64,000 nt of DNA, taken from NCBI GenBank assembly GCA_012026655.1, contig JAAILG010000138.1, forward strand, positions 1 to 64,000, given 5' to 3'. Under the pieces are notes generated by a model. That model did not search any database. It saw nothing but the letters and a program-made list of their open reading frames with translations, and had not been told where the DNA came from. How positions within the stretch are numbered: position 1 is the stretch's first letter; each line of letters begins with the position of its first letter. This DNA is from Hydrolagus affinis (taxonomy: Eukaryota). This document shows positions 50,321 to 63,240 of the stretch, piece by piece. A program made the translations under genes and the position numbers.

Positions 50321-52249
50321 TTGTGCGTATTCCTACTACTTTAAGTATTAATAGATGACCATCTGTATTGATCCTGGGGATTGAGGGAAGATGGATTGAT
50401 TGATGAATGATATAGAAGATTGCTTTAAAGTCTGTATCGAAAAGAGGTTGTTTTTCAAAAATATATATATATTTGTTACAGTGCTCAAGAAAATGTGTTC
50501 CAAACCTCAATTTGCAATTGAGATGGTGGAATAAATAAGTAAAAGCCATGCAATAAAGATGGCTGCAAAAATGTAAGTCTGGAATCGTCCTGTCTATAGT
50601 AATGGCTACTTTGACAGTAATCCTACCATTAGTGTAATAACTACAAGTTAGTGTTTTCCACATTGTATTCACCTCTAATGGATCAGTACACAAAGACGGA
50701 AACATCAATTAAACCACTAATTAAGGAATGGGCATGACTAAAATGACGCAACCCTGCCTTCTTCATGTCCGTTGGGTCCGAGATACTTACAGCGTTTACT
50801 TACTCTGCTCAGCATTAAAACACTTTGACTTGTGCAGCTTTTAAAAGTGCTGCAATTGGGCAGTTTTGAATGAAAAGAGTTTTCAATGTTATATAGTGTC
50901 TTTCGCCAATGAAATGTTTCAAAGCATTTCACGGTGAATTACTGTGAACAGTGTTGTAGCAAAATCACTGTTTCATAGTAACTAACATTTTTATGACATT
51001 ATAATTGCTTGGGACAACGCAATCACCTTCTACTTGTTACTATAGCAGGTTCCTTCAGTGACATGGCTGATATTAATTTGAGAAGGGAAACCCTGTTTCA
51101 AAGGGTTGCAGCCCACAAAACTGCTCTATTTACTCTGCCTCTATGCACTTTCTTTCTTTTGAAAATGGTTGATATTTTTAAAAAGATTGAAACACTTAAT
51201 TTCCGGCTGCCATAGAGGTCAGGGAAGGTGAGGAGACCACGGTAATGTTTCACTTACCCTAACACTATCTGATGTTCTTTGTAAATCTCTGTCGCTGTTT
51301 ATTCTGCTTTTCTTTGGTGAACTTGACAGCGTCTTAACCCTGGGGGTGAAATCTTTCCCCTTTGACTGTGAGTTTCACTGGTATAATCTGTTATCATAGC
51401 CGTGCAAATGTGATCCTGGTCGGCAACCAAACAAAGCCTTTGATCTCCCTGAGTGGAGCAGTTAAATCGGATTTCCAAAAGGAGGTGCAACTTACCATTA
51501 AAGATAAAGTCAGAGCAGAGTGTAAGACCTGGAAAGTATTTATACAAAATTCCTGAAGCCGAAAAGTGGAGGTGAAATTGCATTCCTGTGAGTTGTACTT
51601 TAACTTAATCACTGACTGTTTGCCTCCCAGGCAACTGGCTATTCTCGTGGTATGACTAACAATCCTTGCCTTCAAGGCCTGAGGTGTGGAGCAATCACAA
51701 CTTGCAGAAACCATAGGAATTCCCTTGTGCACAGGACAACCCTATTTAAAGTTTGCTTCGCCTAGGAATGACCTCTTCCCCTGTCTCACTCCACCAGTCC
51801 AACTCAGTGTCTCTTGGCACAAATTGGCATTGATGCTGAAGTCTATGAATAAATGTTCTGTGTTACATGCTACGGATCGTATACACAGCAGAATGACCCA
51901 GGAAAGCAATTTTATGCTGAGTTAGCTGATGTCAGCCGGGCAAACAGTGGGAGCACGACAAACAGCTTTGACTGTCCTTGTACCCAATTCGCAGATGAGA
52001 GTGCCTTTCAATCTGGTTGAATGATAACAACCACCGTTTATATTCAAAAATACACTGAATAAAAAGCATTAAGATCAAGAAAATCTCAGACTTTCGTGGA
52101 CCTACTCTGTTTCTTTTGTCGCTATTGATGTTAGCTAGTCACTATTCCTGTGGTTTCTGAAGTCAATGTTGTAATTGCATTTCAATTATAATGACAACAT
52201 CATGACAGACTGACACTACTGCTGAACATTGTAGCACTGATGTGAATTA

Positions 52250-52345
52250 TGGCATACGTTTTGCCCACAACATATGCAGTCAATTCACTTTACAGTATAT
52301 TCTGTGAAGCGCCTTGAGGCGTCTCGAAGATGTTATATCAAATGC
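52250..52345 (+). mobile_element. SINE 3' fragment
   Basis: gcccacaacatatgcagtcaattcactttacagtatattctgtgaagcgccttgaggcgtctcgaag. Confidence 0.8.
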
Positions 52346-52364
52346 CAGTGTTCTGATTGTTAAT

Positions 52365-52800
52365 ACAACAACAACTTCGATTTATATAGCGCCCTCCACG
52401 CCAGAAGGCGTCTCACAGCGCTTCACAGTAGCGGATCCCGGGACCGAGCCAGGAGCAGGGGCAGGAAGGTGACCAAAAGCTCGGTCGAAGAGAAAGGTCT
52501 TCAACTGTGACCTGAAACTGGGAAGAGAGGGGGCGAGGCGAAGCAAGTGAGGAAGGGAGTTCCAGAGCCTCGGGGAGTAGTGGCTAAAGGCACGGCCGCT
52601 GAGGGTGGAGCGGAGGACTCGGGAGATATGGAGGAGGCCAGACCCAGAGAAGCGAAGGCAGCGGGTGCTGGGTTGTGGGGAGAGGAGATCAGAGAGATAG
52701 GGAGGTGCAGAGGAGTGGAGGGATTTGAAAACAAGGGTGAGGATCTTGAAATCGATCCTCTCTGGGATAGGGAGCCAGTGAAGTCTGGCAAGGATTGGGA
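52365..52800 (-). mobile_element. L2-clade LINE, 5'-truncated (ORF2 C-terminus plus tail)
   Basis: Reverse strand translates PILARLHWLPIPERIDFKILTLVFKSLHSSAPPYLSDLL...GRAFSHYSPRLWNSLPHLLRLAPSLPSFRSQLKTFLFDRAF, the canonical L2 ORF2 C-terminus. Ends tgtgaagcgctgtgagacg...ggcgctatataaatcgaag(ttg)n. Confidence 0.93.
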
Positions 52801-53959
52801 TAATAATAATTTCGCTCTACCCTGCTGAAAGTTACCAGCACAGACCACCCTGTGCAAATTGGCAACTTCCGTTTATAAAATGAGTATGGGTGAGAGTGAC
52901 TGATACAATGCGAATTCATGATTATTGGACCCAAGAAAAGTACACTTTACCAAACCAGATATATTCGACTAGCAGAAGTTGACTGCCTTTCGCTGAGTTT
53001 CGCAATAGGTAATAATAATCCTTGCGTTTGATATAGTGTCTTATCACGTCTTTGAAATGTCTCATATACTGTAAAGTGAATTGATAGTATATTAGATGCC
53101 AGTGGAGCTGAAGAGCACTAGGCCAGAGCTCAAGTAACATGCTTAGGAAGCGCTGAAAATTGTCTAACTGCTGTTTCCCTAAATTCAATTTGGCAGCATT
53201 TTCTCTGTGTATCAGACGAGCTCTGTCCTCAGCCTAATAAAAGTCATTAATGTGGAAAGTTTAAACAGATGGATGAGCAATCAAATGAAAAGGTTTTGGC
53301 TGATGTGAGCATCAAATCAATATTGTCTCTGTGGAAATTATTGATCTTTTTAGACTATCCATCTGCTGTTATTGATCCTATGCTGGAGCCTAATCCTGAT
53401 TAATCAGCAAAGGAATTCGAAAAATTCTCAGTTAAATGTATTATGTCAGATTCCTTTTCCTGGCTGCTTAAATTACTTTTTAACAAAGACAGAATTTGTG
53501 CTTTCAGGTAAATTGACTTAGGTCGTATTTTCAAGGGAAAAGTTTGAGGTGTTGATGAGCATTCGAATCGTTTGCTTTGAATTCAAGCGCCTATTTTCTT
53601 GCACCTTCGTAGATTAGTGTCAGATTAGAGAGTTAAATGTGTCAGAAGACACTTCAATTTTTTTTGTGGGGGGAGTTTTCTAATGAGTGGTTGCAATGCT
53701 GGTGATGCTTCAAAGGCTGCTGCCTTTACAGCCTGGGTTTCTTCACAATTCAACCCACCCATCACAGTCAGACAACAAATGACCTCAAGCCAGCTGTGCA
53801 TTGCTTTCTGGATAAATGGCTTTACATCAGACTTCACCTCTGAATTGGATAAACCGTCTTTCGTCAACCCGTTTGTATAAAAGACAGGGAACAATTCCCA
53901 TGCAGGTTGTCTCAGCTAAAACTCAGACAAGGTGGTGGAAACGTGATCGGAAACGACGT

Positions 53960-54112
53960 TCTAGGGAGAATCAGATAGGTACTTGAAACATAAAAATTTG
54001 TGAGGGTAAACAGATAGAGTGGGGAGTGGGACTGATTGGGTAGCTCTTCCAAAGAGCTGGCACAGCTATGATGGGCTGAATGACCTCCTTCTGTGCTGTA
54101 ATATTCTATGAA
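53960..54112 (+). mobile_element. CR1 LINE 3' end
   Basis: gagctggcacagctatgatgggctgaatgacctccttctgtgctgtaatattctatga, a typical shark-type CR1 terminus. Confidence 0.75.
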
Positions 54113-56509
54113 ATCCACATCCAATGTCAATGTGGGTTTTAATCTAAGTATTGCGGCAAAGCTGTTTTCCATTCTAGTTGTGCAGAGTTTCTGTACCAGC
54201 CTCGGACATTTTTCACCCAATCATCTGGTTTGTAATGCTCAGCACTGTTAATACAGTCAATCCTCCGCCCAATTTCACCTGGAAATTTAGAAGCCAAATC
54301 GCTTCTGTGTAAAATGGGTTTTGTTCAGTGCTCGCTATTGATTTTGTTCAGGTTGAATCTCGGAATGAATGATTTGCTTGGGTTCGGGTACAAAGATTTG
54401 CAAATAAGTTATTTTTCTTCTCTCTTCTACCACCTCCACCTCTCCCCACCCCACCATGGTTCATAGAAATACAGACCAAAGCTTAACAGTTCTTGACAAA
54501 TCAGTTGTGCAACTGTTAGAATTTCATTGTAGCATCTCTTATGGTTCTGTAAATATTAATTTTGAGCAAATGGTGCATTGAAAACAATAGTACTTAGACC
54601 CGTGGCTGCAGGAGTATTTGAATATTGTACTGTCCCATGTCTGCAACCTTGGCATTCTAATGTACCTTTAAGGCAATGTGATTCAATACAGACTTGCTGT
54701 CTTCTGTGAGTGTCCAGCTAACAGCAAAATACTCGATCAAGAAAATAGAATTACTCAGCTGTGTATAATGACTGTTCCCATGTACACACAGCACTCACCA
54801 AAAGAATTTCAACTGAATATGTAAAATAAGAGTGACAGCAGAACGGATTTCAAAATATTATGAATTTAAAGAGTTGAGCAAACCTCAACCTATAAATTTA
54901 TGTTGCATTAAATCTAACGACTTCATTATGACAGGGTAGAGTGATTAATGCAAAACCTTGTGTTCCTGTTCTCTGGCTTTTTAAAAACATGGTTTGAAAG
55001 GCTCCCACAAAATCTCGCTCTATGTAATTTGCATGATGATCAATAGAATCTATTGAATACAGGTTTGTGTTTGTTCATGTGCAACAGCGTTCAACACTGT
55101 ACCATTGCAATCCAGTATTAAAATGATTAATAACCCACAGCAACAAAGATCCTCCACAAGCAAAACAAATTGCAGAAAAGATTTATTGAATTTTTGTCGC
55201 TCTAATAAACTTTCTATACCATCTTTCAGTTGACTAGACTTTTACAGACTAATGCTCTCTGCTTGGCAGCCAGCCCAGGCTTTCTGATTATGGCTTATAT
55301 TTCAAATTGATTATCTCTTTGATTTACTTAAAGGATGCATAAAAGGTTTGAGATTAAGATGCGAGAGTTTTGCCCTAACAAAATCACGCACTATAGCATT
55401 AAGACAGACACCATATCCACAGAATTTGATTTAAATCTGCTTCTAATCTCATTTAACCTCATACGTTCTGAAAGTGTGCTGCTGATGCAGGCAACCCATT
55501 GAAAATGGCATTGTTAGCAGTTTCCACATTACAGATGCTTTTAATGATGTAAAATTCTGTGAGTGTAGCTCTGTTTATCTACTTCTTACTTACCAGGTAA
55601 GAATGAGATTTAACCATCTTATACTTGCAAGGTAAAATAGGATATACTTTATTTACCTCCAAGGCACATGCAAAAATTATAATGATTTTGTAAATGATTA
55701 ATGATATCTTAGTCTTTGGCTTTTAGGTTAGATTTTGTTTGCACGTTGTCAACATAAATTTAGAAAAGTCGTGGAGAATCTATATTAGTGTACTTTTTAA
55801 TGAATATTTCCTAAGGGCCTATAAGCTTGCCATGAACCTTACTGGTAGTACAGAAGGATTAAGAAACCTCCGTTTTTGTTTCACGAACAAATCAAATCTT
55901 GTAAAATGTCACTCTTCCATTCATTCTTCAGATCACTGGAAGAATTGATGAGGCTTACCATACGGTAATAGAGGGATGTTTTACTATTAAAATGAAGTGT
56001 TTCAGCACTAGTTTGTGGTCTTATTCACATTCCGCCTCCTTTCCCCTCGCCTACTTTGACCTAATTCAGTCTCACTCACTCCTCGGGACAATAATTATTC
56101 CATTACATTTCTACGTGGCCCAAGGGGTTGGTCCAGGAAACAACTTGTTGGTGTATGTTGTTGCCATACATGATTTGATCTCTGTCAGCTTCTCTGAAGG
56201 TTTAAACCATGGTATAGCTGCACTGTACTATTGGTGCAGCTCTTTGTGGCATTGGCACCAATTGTTCTGGGGGAGAATAATGCTATTGATGCAAGCCGAT
56301 CCTCTGCAGAATCAATGTAGATGAGCCCAATATCATGAAGGCACAATATCAGCAGAGAACAATGGCAAGAATAAAAGCTGTGAGCTTCATTGTGTCGAAT
56401 GGCCTCGCTGATTTCTTGTTTCGGCAGAGTGTTAACCAACCAAGCCAGGCTGATAGTAAAGTGTCATGCACACAATATTATTGTCATTGTGTCAATTATT
56501 TTGTGGACA

Positions 56510-56576
56510 CAATGACAATAACAACTTTGATTTATATAGCGCCCTCCATGCCGAACGGCGTCTCAGAGCGCTTCAA
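56510..56576 (-). mobile_element. Short L2 3' tail fragment
   Basis: acaactttgatttatatagcgccctccatgccgaacggcgtctcagagcgcttca, nearly identical to the tail at 52370-52425. Confidence 0.8.
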
Positions 56577-59500
56577 TGTCTCTTCACTCAAGGGCAATTA
56601 ACGATTGCAACAAGTTACCAAGATGAGTGGCGATGATCAGAATGCTGGACCGATTTAGGAAGCAATTTGATGTTGTAATGGGAGGAGAGTACCAGAGGCA
56701 TTCTGGAAGGATGAAATCAAATGGGTCAAATGACCCAAAATGTGTGCACATGTGTGGAAAAAGAGCCATAATTTGTCTCTAGGAAAACTATAACTACTTG
56801 AACTGAGTTGCATAGCCTTGTTAAAGAACACATCTTGGCCAGAATTGTCACTAAGAGGGGCACTTGGTTAGAAATTGATTTATTGTTGTATTCTGGGCAA
56901 GAACTTGTATTGAGCTTCTTTGTAATCTCGGGGACCTGCGTAACCATTTCCACAGCTGGAGACGTAGCAGTTGCCAATAACCCACAATAAAGCCCAGACA
57001 AATTGCAAACAATTTGCATAGTTGTCACACCGCTGTTAATGTCAGCAGAGAACGATGGCAAGAATAAAAGCCGTGAGCTTCATTGTGTCGAACGGCCACC
57101 CTTGCCAAAAAAAAACGACTTTATTTCTATTGGAAATACTTTTCTCACATGCACAAAGCACTGAAGTGCATATTTCTGATTTAACAGAAAAGGGTTGAAC
57201 TATTATGTAAATGCCTTTGATCAGAATAATTTATGCCTGGTAGCACATGGTCAGTTTTTTTTTCTTTTGCCCTCGAGTTCTGCCAAAACTCTGTTGGCAG
57301 CAAGCAAGATGGTTAGCTTCATTCTTGACCAAACTGCCAACTGTGGAAAATGTGTGCTGGGTTGACTTTTGCTTTGATAGTTTCATCATCGACAAGGGAA
57401 AAGTATCTTGTATCTAGTACTCAGCATCACCCATAGATGGCCTGGGCCATCAGGAACTCGACTTGCAGCCTGAACTGTTTGGCACAGTTTAACTGTACAA
57501 AAACGATTCAAGGCACTGGGAATGGAGACGCATGCTTAATTCATAAATGACCAGGAAAATGATGCCACAACAGCATGACTGAACCAAACAAAGGAGCACC
57601 CAGCAATAAAGAGCTGGGAGAATTCAGATTCATTTACAAGGGATACTCGATAATGCATTTGGTGAAGGCATGATCTGATGTGAAACTGAGCTACACAGAA
57701 TCACAAAGTTTCAGGTCTGATGCTTGATCTGTACATCTCAGATTGAATATCAGTAACACCCTGGACTAAGGTAAGAGTTAAATCAGTCTTCTCCTGTCCA
57801 GTCCTACATGAACATTCTGCAGGGAAGCACTTCCACTCAAATAATTGACTATTGTGTGCGTGAATATCAGATTGTTTTCCTTCAGCATGGAATCAATCTA
57901 TTATAATAACTTTCAGTGTTTGCTCCCTATTAATGTTCAGGTTAACCTGACACTAAATGTTCACTCTTGAAAGGCACGTGAACATTAACACTTGCAATCC
58001 ATTCTAGAGGTCTTTGCTGCAGTTTGTTTGCTTTACAGCAAACCGGAAGGTGTGATATTGACTGCGAAGATTTTTGTTTAAGTAAAGCAATCCGATTGTT
58101 TTCATTTTAAGCCTTCTGAGTAAACTTCAAATGGAACACGATCATACCCACATCAAAAGAAATCCATTCATACTTTGGTTCATTGCTAACGCAAAACAAA
58201 CACATGAAAATCCCTTACAGGGTCCTTTGCTTGCAACATATGCCAAGAACTGATACGTCTTGTATGGAAATCAATGCATTATTATCATTTCAGCTTTGAC
58301 CTGAGGTAAACTACAACACCAGAATGTGCTGATTAAACTCAGGCATCTCCCAAATCATTATCTTGTAGTATGCAAGAGCAAGATATGGGATACGTTGAGT
58401 GGAAGGTTTTAGTGGTAATGCAGAATTGACTCCTTTTAGATTCTGTTATCAGTACCAACAAGTGACTGGGAGGTCCTTTGCAATGTCAGAACACAGAAAA
58501 TTGAATTGGATTTTTTTTGTTTGTCCCTCTTGATGCACAATTGGCATCTAATATTAGCTTCAAAAACGTTTGCACAAGACACAAACTAAATCTCCTTCTT
58601 ACCTATTTCTTGTCCTGAATCTTAGGACAATTATACCATACTGCCAGATTCTTCCAGTTGTCAAAACATCTGCCTTCTAATCTGACTTGAGTGAGATTGC
58701 AATTCCGAAGCATTTTGTGCTAAATTCTAATTTGTTCTGTGTGCTTTGGGAACTATGACAAAAACAACGACAGCAACTTGCATTTATATCGTGCTCTTCA
58801 CAGTGGCAGAGTCTGACAAAAATGTCCCCATGTCATTTTCTGTGGGACTCTTTCAAACCTCTAAGATGAAAGTGTGTCTTCTCTCAGATGGTGTGGTTTT
58901 ACTTCGAACCTTGGCCACATAGGTGAAAGGGCAGCATGTGATGGAACTCTATGTCACTTCATCTTGTTTTAGAACTTCAAAAGTCGCGCTGTAACACCAA
59001 CCAGACCCTTCAGTTTGCTGCAGTCTGGTTTTTGTTTTAAGCTTGCAGAAGTGCCTATTTGCTGTTGTTTTCTTTACGCTGAATAAGCATATTTTGCTCC
59101 TTTGCATTTGTTGAAATTACTGTACAGAAACTGGTATACTAAATAAGAGTACTGTGTTGAGGTAATTCACTATCTCCAAATTTCACCATTGGATCTTGCT
59201 TTGTGTATACTTTCAATGCTGACATTATTGAGAGTATTTGGGCAACATTTCACTTGATCAAAATACTTATATGCAGGGAAACGTGTGACTTCTAACATCG
59301 ATGATCAACCTCTTCATTCATTTGGAACTTAATTGCTAACCGTTTCTGATGCATTTGCATGGGAACTCATCCAACTGAGAATTGTGAGGTTATTTTAGTG
59401 ATCACTCCTTTTGATCAAACTGTTGCTTAAATTCTGACTGTGTTGCATACAATATAAATACTGACGTCCAGTAAAAAGTTTCCTTTGTCGATTGCGAAAC

Positions 59501-60729
59501 CCTTAATGTGAGCCATCTTTCTAATTGCACGCTGTTAGGTGCCCGACAGATTTCTTTACCATTTCCTTTGATTCCCATTGTTTTGTTTACATGGTATTTC
59601 CTCGTGTTAAGTGGGTATTATAGGAAAATGTCTGCCTCTGTCAGCACTGAGCAACCCATCTTCATCAGCATTAAGTCTGTGCAACTGAATTGTGGTATTT
59701 TAAAGTCCAGAAGTATTGGGACTTTAATTTAGTCAGGTTCTCTTGTTTCTGGTGTGTGTTTTTAACAAAGCTCCCTTTACATTGATTTGTTGTGAATACT
59801 CGCTCATGGCAAACTAATACGCTTTAACTGAAAGAGAGAAGACTTGCCCCTTAGGTCCCTTGTGGCAGCTCTCTGACCTCAGGATAACCATTTGATCAGC
59901 TGTATGATTGAGCAGTGGTAATAGAAATTATGTAAGTATTTCTAGTTGTAAACAGACATTTTAGCCTGCAGTTATGTTACTAACAATACTGCATGTTGGA
60001 TATTTCCTGTTGAATCTTTCCATCATGGCTTGTGTTTTGCAAAGATTAATTAATCATGTTGTGCAATGGAAATCTACCGGAAAACTTCTCTGTTAGATAA
60101 TGATATGTGACACAGACGTGACCCAATGAAAGATTCAGCCAGTCAAGTAAATTACTACAGGAACTCTAGCAGTGATCAGTTAGCATTCCATCTCTTCTCA
60201 TTACTGCACAGGATGTGTAGAAGAAGAGATCTCACCTACTTCTTAATGGTAGCAATTGGTGCCTATCACTCTTCTGCAACAGTGAGTAATGACTCATTGT
60301 AAGATTATGACTGGTTCCTGTTTGATATGTGACATAAAACAGAGGTACATACTTCAGTCAAACAGCCATAAGAGAAAATGACTTAAAATTGACTTGTCTC
60401 TGCTGGGAATTGACTCCATGTCATGTACACCTACAATGCTGCTTTTCCGTTCGAGCAGATAGTTAAGTGTCCCATGGGGTAAACTAATTAACGCTCACAT
60501 TTATTTTTGTAAGTCTTTGACAGCTGCAAAGATTAGCTACTTGGAAGGCAATACATCTGAACAGTAGCAAAGTGATTAGTACTATCTAAAATGTACTCTA
60601 GATCAGTTCTGTGAGGAGTTAGATTATATGACTGAGGTTCATATGGTAATTAGTAAAAACAAACCTGTGAACATTGTCAACAAATAGCATAACTAGCAAA
60701 TGTCTGCAGCACCCAAACATCCTGTTTTA

Positions 60730-61140
60730 TAATCTTAATCTTTGCATTTGATAGCGCGCCTTATCACGCCATTAAGACGTCTTGGAGCACTTCACGAAAT
60801 ATACAGTAAAAAGGATTGATTATATTTTGTGGGTGAAACTCGGCAGCACAGCATTGTCCCACAGCCAGGGAGTGGGTGACCAACTTGGGGATTGTTGGCC
60901 AGGAAACCAGGAGAAACTTGATTCTCTTATCAAATAGTACCAAGGGTCTTTAAAGTCCACCTTAACAGGTAGATGGAACCTCGGTTTAATGTTTCATCCA
61001 AAGGACAGCACCTCCAACAATACACCCCTCTACCCTCCCTCCTCTCTCCCCTCCCCACCTCAGCACTGCATTGAAATGTCACCTTAGACGATATGCTTCC
61101 AAGCCCCAATGTGGGACTTTGTACCTTGTAAGATGGAAGA
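60730..61140 (-). mobile_element. Older DeuSINE (SacSINE1/AmnSINE1-like) copy
   Basis: Reverse strand gtgacatttcaatgcagtgctgagg...ggaggtgctgtcctttggatgaaacattaaaccgagg...aggtggactttaaagacccttggtactatttga...cctggtttcctggccaaca, then core and L2-type tail. The family match is recalled, not searched. Confidence 0.65.
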
Positions 61141-63134
61141 CATATAGACTTTAAATGAATAATAATAAATTCATTATTATTACTTAAATAAACTGGTTCA
61201 AGGGGAAGAGTGGGTGGGTCCCAAAGCAAGAACCAGCTGAGTATGAAATCATAATGGCACAAATAGCAGAATTTAGGAATTGAGCAATTTTTAACATTAT
61301 CTGCTCACAAAGTGGGAGCATTTATAAGATTAGTAAAAGGATTTATAAATAGCAAATCCCAGGCATGTCACAGCTAACCCTCCAACATTGATTTCCCAGA
61401 AGTTAAAACTAAGATTGTTCAAGTCCGTTTCTTTACACTTCGATAGAAAAGATAGAAAATGAAATGCGTTGGAGGAAATTATTCTACTCATTTGGTGATG
61501 TGAAGCCGACTGGCAACTTGATAATGGCAAGTTTTACACACCATGATTCCGTGTACCTTTCAATCAATCCACATTGATTTCTTTGACATGCCTGCAAAAA
61601 ACATTTCATTGGAAGTCGTCCTCAAATGATCAAAGATGAGCAAATTGGACAGTGGCCAAATCAAAAGCTTGTCATTAAACCTTGACGTAAACTAATGGTC
61701 CTTTGGGTCTTGCCTTTCAAAATGAGCACTCTGGAATGAGACCCAGTCATCTGTTGTATGTTTCACTGACACTCTTATTGGCTGTGTCATGTAGCCTGTT
61801 GAAGGGATCCATTTGGACACAAGAGGGAACAAACTCACTGTTACCTGATTCAACAGCAGAATCCAATCTATTTGCTGTGAATGTGATCAAGAGCCAGTCT
61901 GGGCTTAACCTAACCCAAAATCAATACCATCTGATGGTCTGCAATGGCACAGATCCATCTTTCTTCTGTAGAAATTTATTTTGCATTCTTCCTGCAGAAT
62001 ACAAAAAAATCATTCTTTTTTGGAAAATTAAAAATTTTGCTCTTTAATTTTTTTTAATTCCTCAGAATATAATATAATGGAACTGGGGTTCCAAAACCTA
62101 ACCTTAATCCACTTTCTTCAATTAGTCGTAGAGGTCCTGAGGGAATGATTTTAGGTCATTTTAACTCCAGTTTGTGTCAGTGGTGGATGCAAACAATAAA
62201 ATATGTACATTTTTACAATGACAACACAGTATTCAGTGTTGCCAACTAAATTGATAGAGAAGCTAATTGAATAGTTGGTCCAGGAAATTGAAAACAACAT
62301 TGAGGAAAGTGCTGACATATTTTCAAGCTAACAGAGAAACTTCCCTCTGTCACTGATCCATCCTGTATCTGACCTGAGATCAAGATAATTAACATATAGT
62401 GATCCAAGGTTCCCCAATGGCTGTTTGCAAAGCATTGCATAGCATGAAGCTCAGCAATAGGGACTTGGAAACTCTTGGATTTGTTATCGTTATAAGTGAT
62501 GTCAGTGACCTTTCTTGAAAAAGCACTTGCACAGACATTGGGTGCTGGCCAGTTTGGGCTCAGCCACAGTGATCTATTATCAAATCACCTGTTAACTCTT
62601 GACTATTCATGTATGAATAATGTGAGGGACAACGAGTGGAACCATATCTCAATGCTCAACAGAACAGAAGAAGAAAAGCCACCAAATATGCAATTCAGAA
62701 AGATAGTTTAATGTTTTTGTGTGTAATTGTGATTGTGCTCTGATAACTATTCAAAGCCAAAATGTTAGCCTATCTTTCAGATGTTGACAGATCTGCTGTT
62801 CATTTCCTTCAATTTGTGTTTTCATTTTACTGTTGCCACATGAAATTGTATGGTTGAAGTTGATCATTTAGCAAAATCTTGACCCTCATTTAAAACTGAA
62901 CATTTTGTCTGATTTCAGGCACTGATTAGGATAAGAAAAATTGCCGTCTGAAGCTCCAATGGTATTTGTATGGAATCTTTTGTTGAGGCTGCTAAATTCA
63001 GTAGCCCTTTTTTACACACTGAGTTCACAGAAGGTTTTGCCTAACTTCAGTGGAAGTTTTGAATAAATCTATTCTAACCCAGTGGTTTAAATTTTCATAG
63101 GGTTCTGAATATTACAAAGTGAGATCAATAATTG

Positions 63135-63240
63135 AGAAACAAAAACAGAAATAGCTGGGCACACTCATCGAGTCAGGCAGCATCTATGAAGAAAGGAAAC
63201 GTGAGTCAACATTTAGGGTCCATGATCCTTCGTCAGAACA
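63135..63240 (+). mobile_element. Chondrichthyan interspersed repeat (Penelope-associated terminal repeat-like)
   Basis: aaaaacagaaatagctgg...actcatcgagtcaggcagcatctatg...gagtcaacatttagggtccatgatccttcgtcagaac. An inverted degraded copy lies at ~62765-62828 (cagatgttgacagatctgctg...tttgtgttttcatttt). Confidence 0.5.

Noticed and set aside
52501-52934. Three overlapping ORFs (118, 93 and 81 aa)
   Set aside because: Alternative frames of the L2 fragment; the meaningful frame is the L2 ORF2 C-terminus.
45152-57097. Spaced direct repeats as a CRISPR-like array
   Set aside because: Only two copies of each of two unrelated repeats, hundreds of bp apart, in a vertebrate genome with no cas genes.
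57930-57990. Small hairpins (tcaggttaacctga; aatgttcac...gtgaacatt) as a miRNA precursor
   Set aside because: Stems are too short and AT-rich; expected by chance.
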